Source of the DNA: Eledone cirrhosa
Taxonomy: Eukaryota
DNA length: 64,000 nucleotides
Direction: 5' to 3'
Assembly (NCBI GenBank): GCA_964016885.1
Contig: OZ024748.1
Location: 27,528,001 to 27,592,000, forward strand
The notes below the pieces were generated by a model. The model was not told the origin of the DNA. It worked only from the letters and a program-made list of their open reading frames with translations, and ran no database searches. Position 1 is the stretch's first letter; each line of letters opens with the position of its first letter. A program made the translations under genes and the position numbers. Shown piece by piece: positions 44,362-56,007 of the stretch.

Positions 44362-46039
44362 TATATATATATACACACACGAGCACATTATATATATATA
44401 TATATATATATACATACATACACACACTATATATATACATAAACACACAAATATATATATATAATATATATAATATATATATATAATGTGTGTGGGTGTT
44501 TCTTTAAGTGTATGTATATGTTTATATATCTCTGTCTATTAGTATATCTTCCTCTTTCTCATTTTTCCTCTTCTCTTTTCTGTTAAGCAACTGTTCACAT
44601 CTTTCTCTCTCTCTCTCCTTCTTCCTCTTTCTATCTAACTGCTTCATTCTTTCTTTCTTTCCGTCTTCCTCTATCTCATCTTTTCTCCTATCTTTTCCGA
44701 ATTCTTATTCTCATTGTCTTCTCCTTCTCCTCCCCTTTTCCCTCTCCTCCACACCCTCTGCCTGTTCCACTGTTTATCACACTACAACCACCCCCCTCGC
44801 CCAACTGCCACCCAATGTCCCCCACCCCCACCCACCCCCATCCCCACACTCCACATAAGCCAGGTATAATTCGAGAACCTTCCAACTTCATCTTACATCC
44901 GTACAGAGGAAATAACAAGAGACAACAATGACGGAGCAGTGGTGGGGTGATGGTGGTGGTGGTGGTGGAGGGGAGGTGATGGAGGTAATGATAGTGGTAA
45001 TGGTGGTGGTGGTGGTGGTGGTGGTGGTGGAGGGGAGGGGATGGAGGTAATGATAGTGGTGATGGTGGTGGTGGAGGGGAGGTGGTGGTGGTGATGTTGG
45101 AGGATAAGGTGATGGAGGTAATGATAGTGGTGGTGGTGGTGATCGTGGTGGAGGGGAGGTGATAGTGGTGATGGTGATGGTGGTGGTGGTGGTGGTGAAG
45201 GGAAGGTGATGGCGCTGGTCGAGGGGGTACGTTGTGGTGGTGGTGGTGAGGTTACCATGTAGGTGGTAGTTGTGGTGATAGTTGAAGTTGTATTTGGCAG
45301 AGGTTTGAGGTGGTGATGGTGGTGGTGGTGAGAATTTTAGTGGTGACTGTGATGGTAAATTGTGGTTGAGATGGTGGTTTGTAGTGGTGGTATGAAGTGG
45401 TGGATATGTTGGTGGGTGAGGTGGTAGTTTGCCGTGTTGGCTGGGTTAGTGATTGAGATGGTGGTTGAGGTGTGGTGGTGGTGGTGGTGGTGGTGGTAGT
45501 GGTGGTGGGTGTACTGGTGGTTTGTAGTGGGTGGGGGACAGTGGTAAAGGAAAGGCAATTGATTTGAGGAAAACAAGCAGAAATAAATATAAAGATATAT
45601 AGAGTAGGTGTGATGTTCCGGCTTCGTCACCACTGCCATTGATCCGGGTCAGTCATTGCTCAGTATTGCCAGTGAAACTGAGTAGACAGAAACTCTGTGG
45701 AAGCCTGTCGAATGTGGATTGTATATGTAATTCAAAGGCCTGTTCTTGACAATCGCACCTGAGTAGGTTTGATCATTGCATTATAATTAGATTACACTTG
45801 TCTATAGAATATTTTCAAGTATATTTATTACAATACACACACTCACTATATATATATATATATATAAGGGCGGTGGCCTAGCATGGCATCAGCCGGATGG
45901 CTGGATCAGGTAAAAGAGTATATATATATATATATATATATGAAAACAGGGAGAAAAAGACGATTATTAGGAAGAAAAAATTTTTTTTTCCCTTTTCATA
46001 TGTATATATATCCTAACTCGTGTGCTTCCTCTCCACCTT

Positions 46040-46166
<127 letters not shown>

Positions 46167-46371
46167 ATGTATATATATATATATATATATTTAGTCCAGA
46201 ATTAGCCGTCGAAACGGCTTGAGCTCAGCCGTCGGGGTCCTACTCGTTCCTATTACCCACTCTACTACCCTAAGTATTGAGTACTTTGGTGCGTTATGGT
46301 CCACCTGGTTCCTTACCACATTTCCTTCGTTATATATATATATATATATATATATATTACACACGCTCACA

Positions 46372-46755
46372 TCTTATATATATATAAAGTTGTCGTTCCT
46401 GGCTGTTTGTCTGTACGTTTGTTCACGAACTCCTCCTATGGTTTTGGAGATAGACCCCCATAACCATATATATTCTGAAACTACATTGACCAGGGTACTT
46501 GGATAAGTATATTTCATTTTAATCAAAGGGTTCCCCAGGGGCACAAACCCCCGCTGAAAATGTTTTCCCTTCGATTTATATGAAATTTAAACCATAGATA
46601 AATGACCAGATATGATGCCGATTCACAAAATTTCAGCAAATTTCAATAATATTAAGACACCCTAATGGAGTTTTTCTCCATAAATTATATCACTGATTTA
46701 AATAATTCTCATTTTCTTATTAAAAATATGTTCAAACGCAGCAAGGCGCGGCTAG
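46372..46755 (+). mobile_element. Non-autonomous Helitron-like element
   Basis: A|TCTTATATATATATAAAG..GTTTGTCTGTACG start; ends GCAGCAAGGCGCGG-CTAG|T. Confidence 0.65.
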
Positions 46756-48103
46756 TATATATATATATACCAGATAGAAAAATACGTACAGCAAAAAAAA
46801 GTAATATTGTTGGAATATAAACCTTTAAAAATACAGGACAAGAAACTAAAATAAAACTTTAAAAGAATAGGACAAGAAACTAAGATAAAACTTTAAAGAA
46901 TTGGACAAGAAATAAAAAAATTTACAATAATATTAGTGGCAAAATTTTTATTGGTAAAAAATCGAGTTCCACATCCATAGGCTCTGGGTTCCACATTCAG
47001 AGGTCGTCGTCAGACCGGGGGGATCATTTGATCCTGGTTTGAACACCAATTGGGCCATAACCATACCCCTATTTCATCATTCGGCGACACGCCTCCTGTG
47101 TCATGCATAATGTGAATGGACCCATGGGCCCATGAGCACAGATCTTGAGCAGCAGCGGACGGTCTTGTCGTCCCGCTCATCCTTGATCTTGACCAACCCG
47201 TCCATCTTCTCCTTGCATCTTGTCCTTGAGTTCAAGTCCGGCAGTCCAGATGAATGCGTGCCACAGCTTTCTGGTACAGGAAGGGGGAGCAGGAGGACTG
47301 GAGGGATGACGGGACAGAGAGAGGGAGGACCGGTGGTTGAGGGAGGTGCCGTAGTCGGTGGTCAGAGTCGACATCTTGTCCCGGTCGTCTTCTCCATCTT
47401 CGTCTGGTGTTGCGGGACCAGAAGTGCATTCTTGGAGGAGACCTGCAGCTGCATCGGCCAATTCTTCTTGCAATGGTCATTCTGACGGAGCAGAACTGCT
47501 CAGCCAACCAACCCCAACCAGAACCAACCGCTCAGGGGCAACGCACAATGAGAACATGACAATTATTATGCACTAATCAAGAAGATACTGGGGCATAGCA
47601 CAGGAAACGAATAAAAAAATTTTGCCACTAATATTATTGTAAAATTTTTTATTTCTTGTCCAATTCTTTAAAGTTTTATCTTAGTTTCTTGTCCTATTCT
47701 TTTAAAGTTTTATCTTAGTTTCTTATCCTATTCTTTTAAAGTTTTATTTTAGTTTCTTGTCCTGTATTTTTAAAGGTTTATATTCCAACAATATTACTTT
47801 TTTTTTGCTGTACGCATTTTTCTATCTGGTCTACTATTTTTTAAGGCAATGCAAGCAACAACTATCTAATAATTAAATGATCATAGTGAATTACTGACAA
47901 GTGATTGACATTTTAAAGTTCTTTTGAGTATAATTGCAATCTAGTTGAGGCAACTGGCTTAATGACAAAGCTAGTAAATCATGAATGCATTTGAGATGAT
48001 TAGTGCATAATAGTGAATTGGTGAAACTTGTGCATTTCAATGGTGTTACAACAATAGATGTAAGTTATATAGTAGTAATACTTTATCATTTTAACTTTTT
48101 AGA

Positions 48104-48463
48104 ATGGACAAAAACCCATGCAAAGAAATGACTTTGACTACAGTGATTCTCTCCAATTTACTTACAAAGCAAAGCGTGGTCAAATACCTTATCATCTCTG
48201 ATAAAATGCCCATTGAATCACTGAAAATCGGATGCATGGAATTCCTCATAAAATGCACCTATGAATCGGAAGCCATCACATATATCAATGGATATAGGGA
48301 GTTGTTCACACTGGAAGACCATCACTTCATTTGTGACTTCATCAGTTATCTCCACGATTATCTCAGACACCCAATGCCATTGATGAGAGGTGATCCAATG
48401 TGTGAGCATGTAACTAATCTTATAGAAGTTGTTATCGACCACCTGGCTTTTAGTGACATTTGA
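48104..48463 (+). CDS. Hypothetical 119-aa protein of unknown function
   Basis: Open, non-repetitive ORF; preceded by a 43-nt GTAAGT..TTTTTAG intron-like segment (48060-48102); bracketed by related direct repeats at ~47833-47914 and ~48515-48604. Confidence 0.4.
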   Translation: MDKNPCKEMTLTTVILSNLLTKQSVVKYLIISDKMPIESLKIGCMEFLIKCTYESEAITYINGYRELFTLEDHHFICDFISYLHDYLRHPMPLMRGDPMCEHVTNLIEVVIDHLAFSDI

Positions 48464-48643
48464 CTGATTTGACTGATAATGATGTATTTTTAAAAAGTAT
48501 GTGTACATTCTTGTTACTATTTTAAAGCAATGCAAGCAACAACTATTTAATAAAATTTAAATTTAAAAATGACCATTGTGCATTACTAGTATGATGACAT
48601 TTTATTAAGTCACAAAATTAGTCAGTCAGCCATAGAACAAGGA

Positions 48644-49439
48644 TCAGGTGGCAAAAACATTGGCAAAAATGTGTGTCAATTTAAGATTTCCAACATTGTT
48701 CAAATGAATCATATCTGGTTTGAAGTCAGATTTGTCAAATTTTGACCAATTTTCAATGTTGTGAAGATTGGGCAAGTTCAATTTTTGAATCATTTCTTTC
48801 ATGCAGTAATTAAACTTTTCCAAACGAGAATTTCTCTTGCCCAAGTCATTTTTATTTTCAATTACACTTTGTGGACGTGGAATGACACCACTGTAGAAAA
48901 TGGGTGTACAGTGGTGCTTTTCCGCTATTTTCTGTAGCCTTGCAAACAGACTCTTCCCCTGTTGTTCCGGTTTTGTGCCTCGAATGGGCACTTTGTCCTT
49001 AATTTACAAATAAATGATTAATAAAAAATACTTGGGCAAAAATTATTGTATTACTTTGCACAGCTTTGTAGTGCCAACGGTGCGACGAGGATTCAGATCA
49101 TTAGAGCCGACATGAACCACCAATACTTTCACAAAGGGACAACAGATAACAATGTTGGCGATTAACATTACCTGGCCCTGACGGGCCCCAGGTATACAAA
49201 ATATCTAAGTATTTTTGTTGGTATGATAAGTAAATACATTTGAATTAATATTTTTATACCTTCTGGTCATTCGATTTCGCCACATTTCTAATTATGGATT
49301 TGTAAAAACTGGCATGAATGTGAATTTGATCAGTCCAATTGCCCGATTTTAGTGAAAAGTTTTGATTCGAAATGGAAATACTCCATTTCCGTGCCATGGA
49401 AAAAATGAATAAGCCGATCAAAAAGCCGCGAAACATCAT
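48644..49439 (-). CDS. SGNH/GDSL-family hydrolase (esterase), three exons (49439-49260, 49204-49055, 48997-48644)
   Basis: Splicing two phase-0 GT-AG introns (49259-49205, 55 nt; 49054-48998, 57 nt) yields an open ~227-aa frame with block I-like YKSIIRNV, block II CIPGAR, block III VVHVGSNDL, SGVIPR and block V DMIHLNNVGNLKL. Start codon uncertain. Confidence 0.78.
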
Positions 49440-50233
49440 TTTTAATTCAGCGAAATTAGTGGATGCAAATCTCAGAAAATATTGTACACTATTCGCACCT
49501 ATCGCACTATTCGCACCTATCGGTACACAATATCGCACGACTGTTAATAATACTAGAAGTGCAAACTATCTGTTGAATACCTGGTATATGAAGAGCAACC
49601 GATACGATCGGTCGGCGATCGGTCTTGAAGAAGAATGAAGAACGAAGTGAAATTTTGGTCTGGTTGTTGTCATCGGTGTTTCGCAGAGATGCCGGCACGA
49701 ACAAAGGTGTCAGTGACACAAAGTTGTCCGCTTGAACAAAGGTGTCGGTCCGACAAAGGTGTCAGTCAGACAGACAGTCAGACAGTGTCACAGTCGGTGC
49801 GACAAAGCGATCGATGCGATTAAAAAAAATGTAACTCACATGTTTACCTATATTTTCGCAAACTATTGATAGATTGGTACAAAAAATAGCTTTGATAATA
49901 AACATAAATTTTTAACGAAGTATTTAAAAAGCATTTTAGCAGTGAAAAGTGAAGTAATGTTTCACACTGACGCAAGTAGGGCCGTTCAGAAATGACGTAG
50001 TCAATTAGGAGAAGGGGATTCGGCGATTTGACTACATTTGACTAACGTAATCACAATCACAAGAGTTCCGCCGAAAAAAATTCGTCATTTCTGGAATACC
50101 TCCCCTAGCGTCACGCTTACTACTCACTCACTTGAACACAAGATTTATCAGCAAACTTTGATTATAAACTTTTTCCCGCTGGACCGAAAACACGACCACA
50201 ACAATATTACTAAAACGGACTACCGTCCGTTTA

Positions 50234-50384
<151 letters not shown>

Positions 50385-50533
50385 TTCTTAAGTCGTTTAA
50401 GCCTTACAATTTTTTACATACAAAGTTTTTCTTCAAATACAGAACTAGGGAAATTGTAATTAGAATTTTAGTATTTTATTTCTCGCCCTAGCACAGCTGA
50501 TACATAAATGTAAGTATGCACACGTACACACAC

Positions 50534-50592
<59 letters not shown>

Positions 50593-51158
50593 CTGTCCGC
50601 CACCGTATATATATATTCTTCTTTCTTCTCATGTTTTTTATATATATTCACCTCGGCTGCGTTTGTCTCTTTCTCTCTTACTGCTTCCCCGTTCTCTCTG
50701 TTTCTCTCACCTTCTTTCGCCTCCTCTGTCAGTTACACTTTCTCTCGACTGACCGCTTCCTCGCACTTCCACTCACTCACTCTCTGTTTCTCCCCTTCTC
50801 ACTTCCTCCCGTTTGGCTAACAGTGGGTCTCTTCTTGCTTACATCCCACTCACGCTGGACGTGTCTGTACCTTTCGCTCATGAAATCCACCCAGCTTATG
50901 CTGACCAAGACTACCATGTTGCTTGTTTATTTCCTTTCTTTGGTTTGCTTTTATCCTTCTATGTTGTTCACTTGTCCCCCTCGCTTTACGCGATTTACTG
51001 GTCCCAATAACTTTTTTAGTTATTGCTCGCACCAACCTGAGGTATCTGATTTTTAATGCGCTGAAATACCAATGATGGTTGGAAAATCACTGACGAAGGA
51101 CTATTTTTATCATATGTAACCTATGTGCAACCACGCAGTATTCTTCTTTCTTCTCATG

Positions 51159-51190
<32 letters not shown>

Positions 51191-51550
51191 GGTGGCGGAC
51201 TGGGTCTAAAAATATTGGTTGCCAGGAGATGAAGGGGGCCTACCTACATATAGAATGCTATCATTTAATTTTTATAATGAATAAATAACATTTTCAAAAA
51301 ATACATAAGTGGAAACAAAACGGTGCAATCAGATTTTTGCGGGAAAATATCTTACTTTCTCCAATAAAAAATATTATGTAATTTGCGAAATCCAGAGACT
51401 TTCAATAATTGTTTCTAATGATTTGAAGGCGGTCATCCAGACTGGCAACTACTCGCTCTGGCTGCCTTCGGGTCTTAAACATTTCTCTCTACTTTCAGCC
51501 TCTTGAATTGTGTCTACCATTATTATGTTCATTTTTTAGATAAATTTCGT

Positions 51551-51610
51551 AACGCCTGATGATGTCACCGGGTTCCCACAGAACCCGGTCATTGAAATGT
51601 GCATAGTGTT
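51551..51610 (+). ncRNA. Type I hammerhead ribozyme motif
   Basis: aacgc-CUGAUGA(51556-62)-tgtc accgggttc ccaca gaacccggt catt-GAAA(51594-97)-tgtgca-UA-gtgtt; base of stem II mismatched. Confidence 0.7.
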
Positions 51611-51625
51611 TGTTATTCTACTCAA

Positions 51626-51714
<89 letters not shown>

Positions 51715-51727
51715 ATATATATATATA

Positions 51728-51880
51728 AAAGGATCGCTCGGACCGAAGAAACAATGTTTTCATCGATCTCAGTTGCTAGTACTAACCATCGGTCGCAACT
51801 CCAGGTAGAAGGAGCAACGTGGAATAAAGTGTCTTGCTCAAGGACATAACGCATCGCCCGGTCCAGAAATCGAACTCCCA

Positions 51881-51885
<5 letters not shown>
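51728..51885 (-). mobile_element. tRNA-derived SINE (family B-related, partial)
   Basis: Reverse complement contains GGAGTTCGATTTC and ATGTCCTTGAGCAAGACACTTTATT. Confidence 0.7.
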
Positions 51886-51943
<58 letters not shown>

Positions 51944-52364
51944 GAGTGCGTGTATATGTGTGCATGTACATATGTATGTATACATAACATGTTTTCAACT
52001 TGTCTCGCAGATGCGAGAAAAACCACAGACCCTCCATCTCAATTCTACTTTTGAAAAGCACAAGAACTGCGAAACCGGTAAAGGAACCAAATAAATAATC
52101 TTAAAAAGACTCCACTTGCATTTTCGATTTCATCTTTTTTCCTTATACGTTCACTCGTGTAGGATATCTCGTTTTTTTTCATTTTGTAAAAAAAAACAAC
52201 TCATTTTCTAATATATATATATATACAGATAAATCTACCAATCAATGGTAGGGTCTAAACCGTATGAAGAACTCAGTGTAATCCGTATGTAGAACATGTC
52301 GTGAAACAAAGTTTAAAATACAAAATTTTCAACGATATGATTCATTGGATACAGAGTCAAAAAT

Positions 52365-52693
52365 AGAAATATTAAAACAATGAGATTAAACACAAAACAG
52401 TTAATTCATAGTAAAACTCATTATTTTACGATCGTTTCTGGGGGGGGGGTAGTTCCCCGTATGCCCATTCAATTATTGATCTATGTAAAATATATTACAA
52501 GATATCATAGTAAGAAAAAAAAAGAAAAAAGACGTATGTATTTTTTTCTTACTATGATATTTTGTAATATATTTTACATAGATCAATAATTGAATGGACA
52601 TACGGGGAACTACCCCCAGAAACGATTGTAAAATAATGAGTTTTACTATGAATTAACCGTTTTGTGTTTAATTTCATTGTTTAAAATATTTCT
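52365..52693. repeat. Near-perfect fold-back (about 155-bp arms, short spacer)
   Basis: 52365-52520 is the reverse complement of 52541-52693 with scattered mismatches. Confidence 0.92.
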
Positions 52694-52817
52694 TATATAT
52701 ATGTATAAATATTTTGTATCTCCAAAGAAATACAGTTTTAGGAAGCTGTAGCTATGCAAACACCGGGGGGGGGGCTAACGCCCTCTGGTGATGTCCAGCA
52801 GAAGCAAGGGGGACAAC

Positions 52818-52857
52818 CGCCTATGCATTTCAGGCTTAATTGGCCTTCGTCAGGACG
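52818..52857 (-). ncRNA. Minimal type I hammerhead ribozyme (left arm of inverted repeat)
   Basis: Minus strand: cgtc-CUGACGA-aggc caattaa gcct-GAAA-tgca-UA-ggcg. Confidence 0.85.
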
Positions 52858-53067
52858 TCCCACCCTCCCACCCCCACCGCTTGCGACTGCTGGACTAGAA
52901 GACAGCTAGCTATGCTTGAAGCGAAATCCTATTTCTTTTTTATTATAAGTTGAGCCAACTTATGCAGCTTCATATGCAAATGAGATTAATCACCTCATTT
53001 ACACAGACGAGAAAAGTATATATTCTCGCCTGTCTTCTAGTCCAGCAGTCGCAAGCGGTGGGAGGGA

Positions 53068-53110
53068 CCCTCCTGACGAAGGCCAGTTAAGCCTGAAATG
53101 CATAGATGGT
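53068..53110 (+). ncRNA. Minimal type I hammerhead ribozyme (right arm of inverted repeat)
   Basis: tc-CUGACGA(53073-79)-aggc cagttaa gcct-GAAA(53095-98)-tgca-UA-ga; stem I weaker than in the left-arm copy. Confidence 0.72.
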
Positions 53111-53186
53111 TGTCCCCCTTGCTTCTGTTGGACATCCACAGAGGGCCTTAGCCCCCCCCCCCCCCCCGGTGTTTGCATAGCTACGG

Positions 53187-54707
53187 CTTTCAAACCAGTT
53201 CCAGTACACAGCTAAGTATTCTATAAGTCTCTAGCTGTGTCATTCTCGATAAAAGCACTGGATATGTAGTCCTGATGAATTCTAACAAGAATGAAACGCG
53301 TAGATTACTTCCCTTGCTTTTATCGAGAATCTAATTGTAATACGTGACGTATTCTATTCTATAGCGATTAGGTCTTCAAAATGTTTATTATAAACATACA
53401 GAATATTTTCGAATATTCTATGTCTATACTCACATATATATCGCTATTTCAGAGCATTTATTCCAATTTCTAATTTCTGCCGGACCGGCAACCGCTCTTT
53501 CAAACCAGTTCCAGTACACAGCTAAGTATTCTATAAGTCTCTAGCTGTGTCATTCTCGATAAAAGCACTGGATATGTAGTCCTGATGAATTCTAACAAGA
53601 ATGAAACGCGTAGATTACTTCCCTTGCTTTTATCGAGAATCTAATTGTAATACGTGACGTATTCTATTCTATAGCGATTAGGTCTTCAAAATGTTTATTA
53701 TAAACATACAGAATATTTTCGAATATTCTATGTCTATACTCACATATATATCGCTATTTCAGAGCATTTATTCCAATTTCTAATTTCTGCCGGACCGGCA
53801 ACCGCTCTTTCAAACCAGTTCCAGTACACAGCTAAGTATTCTATAAGTCTCTAGCTGTGTCATTCTCGATAAAAGCACTGGATATGTAGTCCTGATGAAT
53901 TCTAACAAGAATGAAACGCGTAGATTACTTCCCTTGCTTTTATCGAGAATCTAATTGTAATACGTGACGTATTCTATTCTATAGCGATTAGGTCTTCAAA
54001 ATGTTTATTATAAACATACAGAATATTTTCGAATATTCTATGTCTATACTCACATATATATCGCTATTTCAGAGCATTTATTCCAATTTCTAATTTCTGC
54101 CGGACCGGCAACCGCTCTTTCAAACCAGTTCCAGTACACAGCTAAGTATTCTATAAGTCTCTAGCTGTGTCATTCTCGATAAAAGCACTGGATATGTAGT
54201 CCTGATGAATTCTAACAAGAATGAAACGCGTAGATTACTTCCCTTGCTTTTATCGAGAATCTAATTGTAATACGTGACGTATTCTATTCTATAGCGATTA
54301 GGTCTTCAAAATGTTTATTATAAACATACAGAATATTTTCGAATATTCTATGTCTATACTCACATATATATCGCTATTTCAGAGCATTTATTCCAATTTC
54401 TAATTTCTGCCGGACCGGCAACCGCTCTTTCAAACCAGTTCCAGTACACAGCTAAGTATTCTATAAGTCTCTAGCTGTGTCATTCTCGATAAAAGCACTG
54501 GATATGTAGTCCTGATGAATTCTAACAAGAATGAAACGCGTAGATTACTTCCCTTGCTTTTATCGAGAATCTAATTGTAATACGTGACGTATTCTATTCT
54601 ATAGCGATTAGGTCTTCAAAATGTTTATTATAAACATACAGAATATTTTCGAATATTCTATGTCTATACTCACATATATATCGCTATTTCAGAGCATTTA
54701 TTCCAAT
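53187..54707 (+). mobile_element. 310-bp tandem array (4.9 copies), each unit carrying a type I hammerhead ribozyme; candidate non-LTR retrozyme
   Basis: Units start at 53191, 53501, 53811, 54121 and 54431 and look identical by eye; HHR core in each. Confidence 0.9.
53242..53330 (+). ncRNA. Type I hammerhead ribozyme of the array (copy 1; repeats at +310, +620, +930, +1240)
   Basis: gtagtc-CUGAUGA(53272-78)-attct aaca agaat-GAAA(53293-96)-cgcg-UA(53301-02)-gattac; stem I extends past an internal loop with a perfect 16-bp helix ATTCTCGATAAAAGCA/TGCTTTTATCGAGAAT. Confidence 0.92.
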
Positions 54708-55370
54708 ATATAATAATGTTTATTGTAAATGTTAGTACACTGTTAACATATTATCATTGTATTTTATTGTGACATCTATATTGTTTCTGTAAATTAACCG
54801 GGGATTATCTATTCTATTATATTATATTGAATTATATAATTTTATTGTCTATTATTTATTGTATGTGTCTCTTGTAATTATACCATATTATTGCCTCATG
54901 TATATTGGGTAGATGTATTGGTATTATTTTCACTCTTATGCTTATTTTTATATTCAAACTTCTAATAAGGCTTAATTTGTGTAGTTGAACATGGATGTGC
55001 GTATTGTTATATATGTGTGTGTGTGTGCGTGCGCACATATATACATGTATATATTGTACCTTTTGATTTTTAATTGTAATTTTAATGTTGGTAAAGGTAT
55101 ATTATTATAATGTATTATGTTATATTACATTGTGTTATATATAATTCCTGCTCTATATAACCAAATTTGTTTAGATTTAGGTTAGTTGCTTTGGACTATA
55201 TTTGTAATATGGTTCTTAATGTCATATACATCCTTAGTTATTCTTATTATATATTTTTATTATTTTTATTTTTATTTTTATTATCATATATTTTTGCAAG
55301 ACTTTAGTGTATGTACACTCCATATTCTTCGGAGCTTCCGGCTTGTATCTGCCGATATTACTTCTTGTTG

Positions 55371-55424
55371 TTTTGATTGCCCTGATGAGTCCTTAATAGG
55401 ACGAAACATTGTCGGCTAATAAAA
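55371..55424 (+). ncRNA. Type I hammerhead ribozyme with canonical GUC cleavage triplet
   Basis: attgcc-CUGAUGA(55382-88)-gtcct taat aggac-GAAA(55403-06)-cattg-UC-ggctaat. Confidence 0.85.
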
Positions 55425-55461
55425 ACTTTTGATGTATTAAAGGATTCTTTGTTTTACTCTC

Positions 55462-55549
<88 letters not shown>

Positions 55550-56007
55550 GCCAAAATTTCTGCACGAAAGAACAGAAACGCGAACGAATATGACAGATCT
55601 AACATACCATGTCTGCTCGTCAGCTGTCAAATAACAAGGGACATTGTCTAATTCCAACTTCATTACAGGCGGTATCAATGGTCCGTACCTGCAAGATATG
55701 TATGTAAGGCAACACGGCAGACTAATACAACAGAGAACACGAACTTAACATTATCTTCGTTTTGAAGACTTAAAGGGACATTCGTTAGTAGACTTAAACA
55801 GAATTTAATGTCTGTCTTTCGAAAACCTCTCCTTCCTGTGTTTCTATATATATCTATGGTCTTGTAACTCTTGAAGGAGTTGTAGGGGTGCTGTATTGAA
55901 ATAAATGTGGCCTTTCTAGGGCCTTATTTAAACCTCGCAGAGCCTATCTCCTCTCCAGGTTTGAATACAGCAGATTTTTTCCAGTGATGGATAGACAGAG
56001 TGAGAGA

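Noticed and set aside
46960-47040. Minus-strand CTGACGA as hammerhead core
   Set aside because: A CTCTG/CAGAG stem exists but there is no correctly placed GAAA or stem I.
53187-54707. CRISPR array or 5S/SL RNA gene array
   Set aside because: No variable spacers and no recognisable 5S, SL or snRNA sequence; the HHR core explains the unit.
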